In this document: positions 24,101 through 33,173 of the stretch, one piece after another
Layout: every line of letters begins with the position of its first letter
Position numbering within the stretch: the stretch's first letter is position 1
The notes under the pieces: model-generated
Told to the model about the DNA's origin: nothing
What the model saw: the letters and a program-made list of their open reading frames with translations, nothing else
The model's database searches: none
Made by a program: the position numbers and the translations under genes
Source: Centroscyllium fabricii
Lineage: Eukaryota
NCBI GenBank assembly: GCA_051313645.2
Contig: JBNRSN020000011.1
Coordinates: forward strand, 166,966,001 to 167,030,000
Reading direction: 5' to 3'
DNA: 64,000 bases

Positions 24101-25786
24101 TCCCGTGAAGATTAATGATCTCTTCACGGCCCAATGCGTGGCTAAGAGATGCCGTTCGCAGTTGGAGAACCCCCTCTCCACCTCCGTGAGTACCCTTGAG
24201 GAATACACCACCGGTCGCAGCTTGCCGTGCCGCTCTTGGAGCAACACCGCGCTCAAGCTGTCCTCGCCGGCTGCTACCTCCAGGGAAAACTCCTTCCCCC
24301 CCTCTATGGCCCCCAGGGCTGGCGCGGTTTGCAAGTCCCTCTTCAACTTTTCAAACGCCGCCTGGCAACCCTCATCCCATGACCACCCAACTCCCTTATG
24401 TAAGAGTCGGAGCAGCGGAGCTGCTGTGGCTGCATAGTCCTCAATGAAGTCTCTGCAATAGCCGGTCAATCCCAAAAAGGACCTCACACCCTTTACGGTG
24501 GTCGGGATCGGTAGCTCCTGTACCGACTCCCTCCTGGCCTTATCTATGGCCCTTTCCCCCGCGCGGATGGTCAGACCCAGAAACTTTACTTCTGTCTGGC
24601 CAATCCGTGCCTTCTTCGGGTTTATTTTAAAACCCTTCCTAGCCAGTAATTCCAGCAGCTCGCCTAGCAATGGCAAGTGCTCATCCCTCGTGTCCGTAAA
24701 CAGGAGTAAGTCGTCCACATACTGCACTACCTGATTGGGCTGACTAAACTCCTTTAAACTCCCTGCCATACACTGGTGGAAAATACTGGGGCTGTTGTGG
24801 AAGCCTTGCGGCAAACAATTCCACGTGTACTGCTGCCCTTTAAACGTAAAGGCAAACTTGTACTGATCCTCCCTCCGCAGCGGGATGGACCAAAACCCGT
24901 TGGAAATATCCAACACCGTAAACACCGTGGCGGAAGCGGGAATACTCCCGATCAGGTCGGCAACTGCTGCCACCGTGGGCGCGCAGGCGGGGATGTTACT
25001 GTTGAGGACCCGATAATCCACCGTGGCTCTCCATGAGTTGTCTGGCTTCCGTACGGGCCACAACGGAGAGTTCACATGGGTGGCTATCGGCCTCAACACG
25101 CCCTGCCGCACCAGTGAAGACATCGCTGTCTCCAGATCGGACTCCGCTTCCTTGGGGAAGTTATACTGTTTCTGGGGTCGGGACATGGGATCCCCCTGTA
25201 CGCTAACCTCAAACCCTAAGACCCTCCCGCAATCGTGCTTGTGGGTCGCAAAGGCGTTTATATTCCACGTTACGGCCGCCTGCATGTCGGCCGGAACCCC
25301 TTTGGACAAACTATCGAGGTCGTAACCTCCGGACGGCTTCATGGTGCATAGGGTCCCCTTTTCTTCTTCCTCCCCTATGACCACAACTTCACCTCTTCCA
25401 CTTTCGGCTGCCCATAAACAGTGGTTCCTTAAGTCGATCATGATCCCGTGTGCTCTCAGAAAATCTGCTCCTACTATACCTCTGCCACCTCCTTCTTCCC
25501 ATTTCAGTAGGATGCACTCCCAAGTGGTGTGGAGCGCTCCTAACCGAATGGAGAGTGGCCTAGAGCGCGCGCCCCCCTGTTCCTTGCCCGTAAACCCTGC
25601 TAATGCAAAAGGGACTCCGGTGGACATTGGGGAATTAAACGGCTTCTCTGTATGGATCACGGTGCATGAGGCCCCCGTATCCAACAGATAATTCCCCTCC
25701 TGTCTCTCCACCTCCATTTCCACCAGAGGTCTCCTCCATGCATCATAACGGAGCGGACACAGGTAAATGGGCAGCGCGGGTCTTAG
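21164..25786 (-). CDS. pol: Pol: protease, RT, tether, RNase H, integrase, C-terminal extension
   Basis: LLDTGA; LPQGFHNSP; YVDD (~24715); IYVDGS/SAQQAEL/SDS/KVKAH/GNQRADALAK; HHCC, DYIG, SDQG, ERMNR, GPY; frame is open from the gag stop onward. Confidence 0.97.
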   Translation of the reverse strand, partial: LRPALPIYLCPLRYDAWRRPLVEMEVERQEGNYLLDTGASCTVIHTEKPFNSPMSTGVPFALAGFTGKEQGGARSRPLSIRLGALHTTWECILLKWEEGGGRGIVGADFLRAHGIMIDLRNHCLWAAESGRGEVVVIGEEEEKGTLCTMKPSGGYDLDSLSKGVPADMQAAVTWNINAFATHKHDCGRVLGFEVSVQGDPMSRPQKQYNFPKEAESDLETAMSSLVRQGVLRPIATHVNSPLWPVRKPDNSWRATVDYRVLNSNIPACAPTVAAVADLIGSIPASATVFTVLDISNGFWSIPLRREDQYKFAFTFKGQQYTWNCLPQGFHNSPSIFHQCMAGSLKEFSQPNQVVQYVDDLLLFTDTRDEHLPLLGELLELLARKGFKINPKKARIGQTEVKFLGLTIRAGERAIDKARRESVQELPIPTTVKGVRSFLGLTGYCRDFIEDYAATAAPLLRLLHKGVGWSWDEGCQAAFEKLKRDLQTAPALGAIEGGKEFSLEVAAGEDSLSAVLLQERHGKLRPVVYSSRVLTEVERGFSNCERHLLATHWAVKRSLIFTGTSPITLLTHHTPTRMLLDGRIKDGTVSSARIARWTLLLSQMDLKVEGLCEPKLAANLMYPGTAHRCSVEGVWEVDIGLRAGIHPTGREIYVDGSSTVVAGERLTGCGIFDPTADIALAVKLPRTMSAQQAELSAVAYVVTHPETFPTPYTICSDSMFTCNSCTEYLAIWSRRGYTSADGRPLTVKPLLEKILAAVGEEGEIFIHKVKAHSSTEPRGGGNQRADALAKEGAREGTFWDPYGSGPVAAIRDMEGNRPRVPLPLDLKTVQNQDPVLKAVLKAISEDKQVEGPYNRATLSVKEGMLFREEQWVVPQQHRREFLQLAHEGPGAGHPGPEVTWQRVEQAGWWLGLREDAREFCASCLVCAANNPDPQRRKAQMGHVRRVEGPWQSIQVDYIGPLPTAQGGYKYCLVLVDVFSKWVEAFPCRTATALGTARILVREVFSRWGLPRFVESDQGSHFTGQVMQNTLMLLGIEGKWHVAHNPQSSGIVERMNRTLKERLRKEAMGSPQKWAEILPLILMGIRASQSKSTGYSPHELMTGRAMRTPTHVLAPVLTEGQLEEVKKDRFAQNLFEHLKRVHEQAAGNMGRQHQGNKLLLEPRRTQEWEVGDLVMVRNYARVGSLEPLYMGPYSIVDKASPMVYAVKVPRRTKWFHINQCKMYKSGTQGSTTGASPVSGNAQPSTGGKVACVKGEAPMEERRVSRAVWDSDGEEPDQHDQVLDPMDQHDQVLDPSGQPDQGLDLIDLCDPVLESITGEEEGSEDGGSVLDSNADEVGIAGGDSPPEEIGEVRSEAARDPSPGEAKLKEGGSVLAAVKESQAAARSGPAFSSSTRREEGASMLTDVTGSQAVARPGPVLRSSTQGALGPREAKLEGEGLVLAAVRESQAAAQPGSVLSSSAQGAVPKGTLRRSERVPPPRKAWPEPSYALRNRKSPRKRIIIHPRQAAPGCGELKAATGCGEPKGRVSKAPPRGAAHYDPDRG

Positions 25787-27709
25787 TCATTGGGTTTCCA
25801 CGTGAGGGGCTGCGGTGCCTGCGGAACCGGTGGCCACCGCTGCCTTCCCCTGGGAAGCCATATACAACTTCATGGCCCCCAGCGTGGACTCAATCGTCTC
25901 GGGACTTAAAGTCGCCCCGGCACCTCCTGTGGGAGCGGGTGCTCGGGTTGGGGCTACCTTCCCCTGGGAAGTCATATAAAACTTCATGGCTTCCAGCATG
26001 GACTCAATTGTTTCGGGACTTAGAGTGGCGCCGGCACCTCCTGTGGGAGTGGGTGCTCGGGCTGGGGCTGCGGGAGCTCTTTCCTTGACCTCCCTCCACG
26101 GGGCTCTACAGTCTCTGCGCCAGTGGCCTGCCTTCCCGCATCTATGACATGTAGACTGCCCCGGGTTGCCCCCCTCCTGATACCACTCTCTCTGCGCTGG
26201 GGCGTTTGCGTTAGTCGCATACACCTTCCCCTTATCGCAGTGCATCACCGAACTCCTTGTATTTTTATACCCAACCGTGAGTCGGTTGAGGACCGTCTCC
26301 TCTGTGGTTAGAGCATCGGTGGGGTCAAACCACACCTTCGCCTGCTCTCTAACGGCGGGTAGGCTGTTGGCAACGATACACCGGAGCCACTGGGCTCTCC
26401 CGGCATCGCGCAAAACAGCCCGTGCAGGTACATCTGGGCAGCTGCGCTGATACACAGGCCACAGCCTCCCGGCGAAAACCCATGGGGGTTCTCCCTCCAT
26501 CTGCACGGTCCTACCCAGCCTTACAAACGGACCTTCATCGTCCATCCCTAATATTTCTAGGACCTCGTCCCGCAGGTCGTTATAACAATTCTCCCCCCTT
26601 TTGCTCTCGTCGGAGAGACACTGAAGGATAGAGCTATCCAACGAGAAAAGCAACATCCTGGCTTGCTCCCCTTCGTCACAGCCGTTAATTGCTGCGGCCT
26701 GTTCGACCTCTCTAAAATGCAGGGACGGATCGCCTGCTGCGGACAGCTTCTTGAAATGCCCTATCATGCTCCTTATCTGTTGCGAGCTATGGGGCACTAT
26801 AACCTCATTCAGGATGGGCCCGGGATCCCCAGCCGCAGTGTCGGGACCCCGCCTCGTCTCTCGAACCGGACACATGGGTGCCGGGTCTGGATTCCCCATT
26901 TTGGGAACCTTTGCCGCCACCTCCTCTCTGTCCCCTTTCTCCCATGCTTGCGTATAGTGGGGTGATCGCGCGGGGAGCGCGGGGGCTGGTGCCTCCGGCG
27001 CCCTCCTTCTTAACTTTGGCTTCGGGGGTTCCTGAGCTACCTTTACCTCACCCACCGATGGGTCGATGAGGCACACCAGACCATTTGACCTGTTCAGGGC
27101 CTCCCTGAGGTCCTGAATCTCCTTTAAACAAGCGCCATGATCGGCGTCCTCATATTTGGCCTCGAGGGACATTTTGTATGCTGCCCTCATCCCCAGTAAA
27201 TCCTCCTCCTGTGCCTTCAATTGGCCACTTAGGCGGACGCACCTTTCCCTGAGCTTCCCTTCACTTGACATGGCCTCTACGACTTGTCTTTCTAGGAGCT
27301 CAACCCTAGCTTCATGGCGGTTGGTCTTCACCTGGCGCTCATTATTTAGAGCTTCTAGCGCGGTGATTAACCGCTGCCCCCCTGAGACCTTTTCCTCCAC
27401 TTCTAGGACTAACCCTTTTATCTGCGCGGTCTGCGCCGCAATCACCTGGTCCGAAAGCTGGACCTGCTTTTTATAACACATTAGCCATACGGCTTTTTCT
27501 ACGGCCTTTTTATGCCCCTTGCTACCCGTCCAACGGATAGCTGCATCCAGTGGGCGTTTGTCTGCCAACAGGTCCCCAATCCACTGCTTTGTTAAATTAA
27601 CTTTGCTGAATACATAATCAGCAATCCTTTCCTCCATTACGCTTCTTTTATTCAAGGCTGAGTCCAATATATCTCTCTCCTGCTGCCAACGTCCTGCCGC
27701 GGTCGCCAT
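25787..27709 (-). CDS. gag: Gag, 640 aa: N-terminal coiled coil, one CCHC knuckle, duplicated C-terminal 38-aa unit
   Basis: CHRCGKAGHWRRDC; position between PBS and pol; 114-bp repeat at 25851 and 25965. Confidence 0.92.
   Translation of the reverse strand: MATAAGRWQQERDILDSALNKRSVMEERIADYVFSKVNLTKQWIGDLLADKRPLDAAIRWTGSKGHKKAVEKAVWLMCYKKQVQLSDQVIAAQTAQIKGLVLEVEEKVSGGQRLITALEALNNERQVKTNRHEARVELLERQVVEAMSSEGKLRERCVRLSGQLKAQEEDLLGMRAAYKMSLEAKYEDADHGACLKEIQDLREALNRSNGLVCLIDPSVGEVKVAQEPPKPKLRRRAPEAPAPALPARSPHYTQAWEKGDREEVAAKVPKMGNPDPAPMCPVRETRRGPDTAAGDPGPILNEVIVPHSSQQIRSMIGHFKKLSAAGDPSLHFREVEQAAAINGCDEGEQARMLLFSLDSSILQCLSDESKRGENCYNDLRDEVLEILGMDDEGPFVRLGRTVQMEGEPPWVFAGRLWPVYQRSCPDVPARAVLRDAGRAQWLRCIVANSLPAVREQAKVWFDPTDALTTEETVLNRLTVGYKNTRSSVMHCDKGKVYATNANAPAQREWYQEGGNPGQSTCHRCGKAGHWRRDCRAPWREVKERAPAAPARAPTPTGGAGATLSPETIESMLEAMKFYMTSQGKVAPTRAPAPTGGAGATLSPETIESTLGAMKLYMASQGKAAVATGSAGTAAPHVETQ
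27691..27708 (-). promoter_or_regulatory. primer-binding site, tRNA-Arg(UCG)
   Basis: TGGCGACCGCGGCAGGAC, 3 nt from the LTR, complementary to the vertebrate tRNA-Arg-TCG 3' end GTCCTGCCGCGGTCG+CCA as recalled. Confidence 0.9.
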
Positions 27710-27711
27710 TC

Positions 27712-29445
27712 TGTAAGGAGCGTGCGCCGTATATTTTATTGTACGACTTGGGGTCTGTTACTGCCTTGCGCTAGCAGTCCGCTAGGCCTCGCGCAATAAC
27801 CTCCTCCCCCGCGAGCGGTTCGAATCGCTCACCCTTTACGGTTCTAGACGCTGGACTTAGGTTCAGGAAGAGAGAGAGAGACGAGATGGATACCGATTGG
27901 ACTCAAATTTCAGACTCGAATAAAAGTTTGTAAAGTTGGAAGGTTTTTATTACACCAAGAGATATATTTACAGCAGTAAGGATAAAGGTTTATTACACTA
28001 AGAGATACATTTACAGCAGTTAGGTTGTATTTCATCAGAGTGACACAGTATGATACACCAACAATTGTTTCCCAAACAGATATATATATATGTACATACA
28101 CAGATAACTTATGGGATGGGGAACGCACGGCACAACGTAAATCGGGGCAATGACTCTATAAATTCACCCCAAATAAACCACCCTTCCCTCTATTGCCTAG
28201 CTATGTCCAGGTGTGTAGGATCGAGGCACATGCTCACCACTCGGTAATACTCGGGATCTGCTACGAAGTTCCTCGCTTCCTCGGCTGCAGCGTCGGTCGT
28301 CACGTGGCTGTGGAAGATTCGGGAGTCCACTTGTTGTCTTCTCCCTTTGGGCGGCGGTCGCTCCTGCTCGGGCTGGTCCCGGACGGGTTCCTCGAGGCTG
28401 CTCTATCTCCTCGCACCAACCGCACCGTCTCCCTGGCTGAACGGACCCTGGGGTATGCCGATCCTGCCCTCTCAAGCCGAACTGTAACGGGCTGCTAGCC
28501 TAATTGCTCTCCCACTCTTCGAACGCTAGTTTATTTGCAGTGTTCACCAAGATGCTTTACCACTGGGCCTCCCAACAACCAACTACCTCACCAGCAATGG
28601 TTTTCCGATGCGATACTGCCCTGACCCAACTCTGCTGTCCTGCCAGAGCCTTCACCCTGCTTGCCCTGCACCCAGAAAGCTGAACTGGAGTCTTCGAGAA
28701 AAACAGCCCACCCAAAGTCACTGCTAGACCTCACCGCTTCAAGAGGTCGCCTCCACGAGTCGAGAGAGAGAGATCCAAGAGCCTTCTCCAAGAGCTCTTT
28801 CCTTGCGATTCTACAGAGCTAAGAGAGACCTCACCGCTTCAAGAGGTCGCCTCCACGAGTCCTAAGTCATAAGAGAGCTGAGAGCTAAGAGAGAGAATTC
28901 TAGAAATGTGCTGCCAGTTATCCCCCAAATGTTGAATGCCTAATGTCTTTCCCATTAGGGCCTGTATTGTGTGTAGAAAGCGGTTACTGCACTCCTTTGT
29001 CCAGCCAAGCCTGCCGGTAATAGTTTTGATGGTGGCTCTAACTTCTCCGGTTAGAGTCCCATTGTTTTCAAGGGTGCTAATCGCTTTATGCTCGAAGGGT
29101 ATACAATTTCTGTAGCTGGTTAAACGGGCCAGCTGCTTCGTATTTGCAGTTGTTTTGGGTGCTTATTTAAACTGGGTGCATTTCTTTGTCGGGCTAATCG
29201 GTTTCTAAAGGGCAGGCTATTTATTCACAGGTTTAACAGCGCCTTTATGTCTGGTTTCTTCGCGGGCTTTTCGAGTTGAGTTTTAGTTTCGGTTTTGCAC
29301 TGTGCCATCTTGGAGGCCCCTTTTCTCTGATCAGGCCGCAGCCTGTCTTGTCTGTCATTGTTCAAATAAAAGAAAATATGTATACTCCATCCTTCGTTTC
29401 TGGTCTTTGTGAATCCGTTTTGACAGGGAATATTGCGACCTTACA
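27712..29445 (-). repeat. 5' LTR (1734 bp)
   Basis: differs from the 3' LTR by about 6 substitutions, a 1-bp indel and a 16-bp indel (by eye). Confidence 0.97.
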
Positions 29446-29529
29446 ATCTGAAGAACGAACATCGCAGACTGATGTAGTCTAGATCTCTGCCACAATTAAT
29501 TTGATTTATAATTAGAATTATAGAAAGTA

Positions 29530-30072
29530 CATAAGAACATAAGAAATAGGAGCAGGAGTCGGCCAATCGGCCCCTCGAGCCTGCTCCGCCATTCAACAAG
29601 ATCATGGCTGATCTGATCCTAACCTCAAGTTTATTTTCACTCTCCATCCCGCCCAAACCCATGTGATCACCCGGGAGAGGCGAAAAACCAGATAAAAAAC
29701 CCAGTGGCCAATTTGGGAGAAAACACCTGGGAAATTCCTCTCCGACCAATCTAGGCGATCGAAAACTGGTCCAGGAGATCACATGGCCGATCTGAACCTA
29801 GCCTCACGTCCACTTACCTGCCCGCTCGCCATAACCCCTAATTCCCTTTACTTCCAGGAAACTGTCTATCTCTGTTTTAAAATTATTCAACGTAGTAGCT
29901 TCCACAGCTCTCTGGGGCAGCAAATTCCACAGCCCCACCACCCTCTGGGTGAAGAGGTTTCTCCTCATCTCAGTTTTGAAATGGCAGCCCCTTATTTTAA
30001 GATTATGCCCCCTAGTCCTAGTTTCACCCACCATTGGGAACATCCTCACTGCATCCACCCGATCAAGCCCTC
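29530..30072 (-). mobile_element. CR1 3' end with structured 3' UTR insert
   Basis: RTRGHNLKIRG...FTQRVVGLWNLLP; (TTCTTATG)n tail. Confidence 0.9.
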
Positions 30073-30419
30073 TGAAGTAGAAAAGTTAATTAATTGATTA
30101 GAAAAAATAAGTTAAATTTACAGAAGAATATAGAAAGAATAGTTTGTTAATTGATTAGAAAAAGTTGATTTCACATAAGAAGAAGATAGAAGAAATAGTT
30201 GCAGATGAATTGCTTAAAAGAAATAAGGACATTTTTTCATGAAGAAGTTGAAATTCTGTCAAACAAGGTCCAACAAAGATTTTCGTCTTGATGACATCTC
30301 TCCCCAAGATCAACAAAGATTTTATCGGATATCGGTATTTGTTTCAATTTGAAGAAAAAAAAGACTTTTCTTTATTTCGTCAATTTTTTTTATTGGATTT
30401 ATATTTCTTCGTTTTGAAT

Positions 30420-31104
30420 GGCCCAGAAATTCCCGTCAGCGCATATCGGGTTTAAGCTCTGCGAGCGCACCAGAGCTTAAACCTGCAGGAAGCAGCCAGA
30501 GCGCACGTTTTGGGATTTCCTGTGCCGCCCAGCGGGGGTGTCCCTGCTTCCTGCGAGGTCCACCGCAGGAAGCTGCGAACTACGGGAGCGCCCAGACTTC
30601 CCGATGTTTTTTTAACTTTTTCTACAGACCAAGAGAAGAGAATTCAACACTGGAAAAAAGCAGTCGTTAACACCCATTTTCATCTGGTAAGTGTGTATTT
30701 TATTGATTTTAAGGTTTTTAATTGTTGATAACTTTAAAGACAGGCAAGTATTTTTTTAGACCTGTTGGAAGTGAAAAAAAAATTCTGCAAATTTTTATTT
30801 TTTCTTTAAAATGGGTTATTTGTGTTAGTTGGGGTAATGTTTAAAAAATGTGGTGTTTGTAAAATTTTATTTTTGTGTTTAGATGTCTTTTGAGAATCTC
30901 TCCATTCAAAACTCGCACAGATTTCTCTGTGGAAGTTTTGAACGGAGAATTGCTTCCAGTGATTGGCTCCCTGCCAATCACGTGGTCTCAAAAGCCACTT
31001 CGCACTAATTACGCCCTTCAGATGCCCATGAAGCTCGCATGGAGCTCTGACAGGCTGGGCTAACGGGAATTTCTCAGTGCAAAAAAGCAAAACTGAATAT
31101 GGGC
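30420..31104. mobile_element. Harbinger-like MITE
   Basis: GGCCCAGAAATT terminus; interior homologous to 53779-54521 in the opposite orientation. Confidence 0.6.
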
Positions 31105-31124
31105 AATTAAAGTGCGTTAAGCAG

Positions 31125-31414
31125 TGACGTATCGTCAATCAAGACAAGAAACACGAGTAGTTACCCAAACTACAGGCTTTTATTCACTTATAATGGAGCT
31201 AGTCTCCTGTCGAGTTCAAGGCGAGAATGAGCGGGGGCAGGGCGGCCCTCACCTATAAGCTCCCACCTGAGGGGAGGAGTTAGAGGTGTGGCCGACCTGG
31301 CCTTACACATAATGTACAGAGTTACAGGTGAATACATCCATATATATACACACAATGTACAGAGTCGCCGATGAACACATTACTATATACATACTGGTAA
31401 TTACGGTTACCACA
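31125..31414 (-). mobile_element. solo LTR (family A)
   Basis: TGACGTATCG...TTACCACA, TSD AGCAG. Confidence 0.85.
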
Positions 31415-31687
31415 AGCAGGTTCTGCACCCGCACGAAGGCTCCACTGCAATTTCTGTGCCAATATTACTTTGAATCCAAGTGTTCAACTTGGAGGACTTT
31501 GGACAGAAATGATATTTTTTTTTACTTGAAATATTATATTGTATGTTTTTTTTTTGAGATCTCATTTTTATTTTGGGGAATTTATTTTTAATTTTTTCTG
31601 GCCAGTGTGATGTGTAAATATTAATAGATAGATATATATTCAAATTGGACCTTAACCACAGAACCAGATTAGATACAAAAGATAGTA

Positions 31688-32078
31688 CAGGCGAAGGCCG
31701 GTTCCCATTTTGAGTGGTCTGCGCATGCGCTCGCCGAAGCATCAATCGTTCGGGGAGAGGCCTGGGCATGCGCTGCCAAGCGCGGTGGCCATTTTGTGCA
31801 TGCGCAGCCAAGCGCGGCATCCATTTTGTGCATGTGCAACCAAGCGCGGCGGCCATTTTGCGCATGCGTAGACCAGTCAGGTAGTCGGGGAGAGGGACGG
31901 GCATGCGCAGCAGCTATTTTGCGCATGCACAGACCAGTCTGGCAGTCGGGGAGAGGCCCGGGCATGCGCAACCAAGCACGGTGGCCATTTTGCGCATGCG
32001 CAGACCAGTCGTCCAGATTCGTTCCGGACGACTGAAGTTTCCGGATTACTGGTGTCCGGATTAACGGTGCCGGACCTG
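31688..32078. mobile_element. pogo-like MITE with tandem GCGCATGCGC/GCCATTTT units
   Basis: TA-CAGG...CCTG-TA; right end CCGGATTAACGGTGC similar to the 822-984 and 52905-53580 elements. Confidence 0.65.
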
Positions 32079-32794
32079 TATACAATTGTAACCAGGTAAG
32101 CTGGATAAATGAAAGATGTCCTTTATGCACCAGGGGTTCTCTTGCAAACTCAAGTCCACATGGACTTTAAGAATTTTCTTATATCAATTGAAGGTACAAC
32201 ACAGGTGGTTATTCGGCCCATCAGGTTTGTGGCAGCTCTGCTAGAGCAATCCAAATCGAATCCCATTTCCCCGAGCTCGATTCACAGTCTTGCATCTTCC
32301 CACGCTTCAAATATTTATCCAATTTCCCCTTAAAAGATGCAATGCTTTCTGCCTCAGCCACTGCATTTGGTAGAGCCTTCTATGTTCTAACAGCCCTCTG
32401 TATGAAGAGTTTTTCCTTCCATTCATTTTCTTGTTCATAATTAAGTGATGAACCCTCATCACCGAATCCCCAACTGGAGGAGACAGTCCTTCCCCAGCGA
32501 AACTTTCCTCATAACTATTTTAGACAATCTACGCTGTGCTCTCTACTGCTTCAATGTAATTTTTACAATGGGGCGCCCAAAACTACAAATAGCGCCTACC
32601 GGAGACCAAACCAATTTTTGTTTTTATTATAGAAGTTCATAATTTTTGTACTGTGTGCTGCTATTTTTAAAACCCTACATTCTATTGACTTTATCTACCT
32701 GCTCTCGCAATTTCAGGGAATTATGAGGGACCCCTAGGTCCTTCAGTTCATCCACACCTTTCCAGAGGTGATGAAGGAGGATGGTGTTGTTTTA

Positions 32795-33172
32795 CGGTTG
32801 TGGGTTCAACTCCCACTCCAGAGACTTGAGCACAAAATCTAGACTGACACTCCAGTGCCGTGCTGAGGGAGCGCTGCACTGTCGGAGGTGCCGTCCTCTG
32901 GCTGAAATTTTAAACCAAGGCCCCGTCTGCTGTATCAGGAGGACGCAAAGGATCCCATGGCGTTATTTCGAAGAGGAGCCGGGGAGCTCTCCCTGGTGTC
33001 CTGGCCAAAATTTATCCCTCAACCAGCATCACTAAAAAGGATTGCCTGGTCATTATCATGTTGCTGTTTGTGGGAACTTGCTCTGAGCAAATTGGCTGCC
33101 GGGTTTCTTCCATTAACACAGAGCATACACTTCAAAAGTACTTCATTGGCTGTAAAGAGCTTTGGGACGTCT
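32795..33172 (+). mobile_element. SacSINE1/Deu-domain SINE; tail resumes at about 34551-34590 after a CR1 insertion
   Basis: Deu-like GATCCCATGGCGTTATTTCGAAGAGGAG...GTGTCCTGGCCAAAATTTATCCCTCAACC. Confidence 0.75.
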
Positions 33173-33173
33173 T

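Larger units (their letters stand above)
18570..29445 (-). mobile_element. full-length retrovirus-like LTR element without env (loki/Odin-like candidate)
   Basis: paired LTRs TGTAAGG...CCTTACA, TSD ATCT (18566-18569 and 29446-29449), PBS, PPT, intact gag and pol. Confidence 0.97.
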
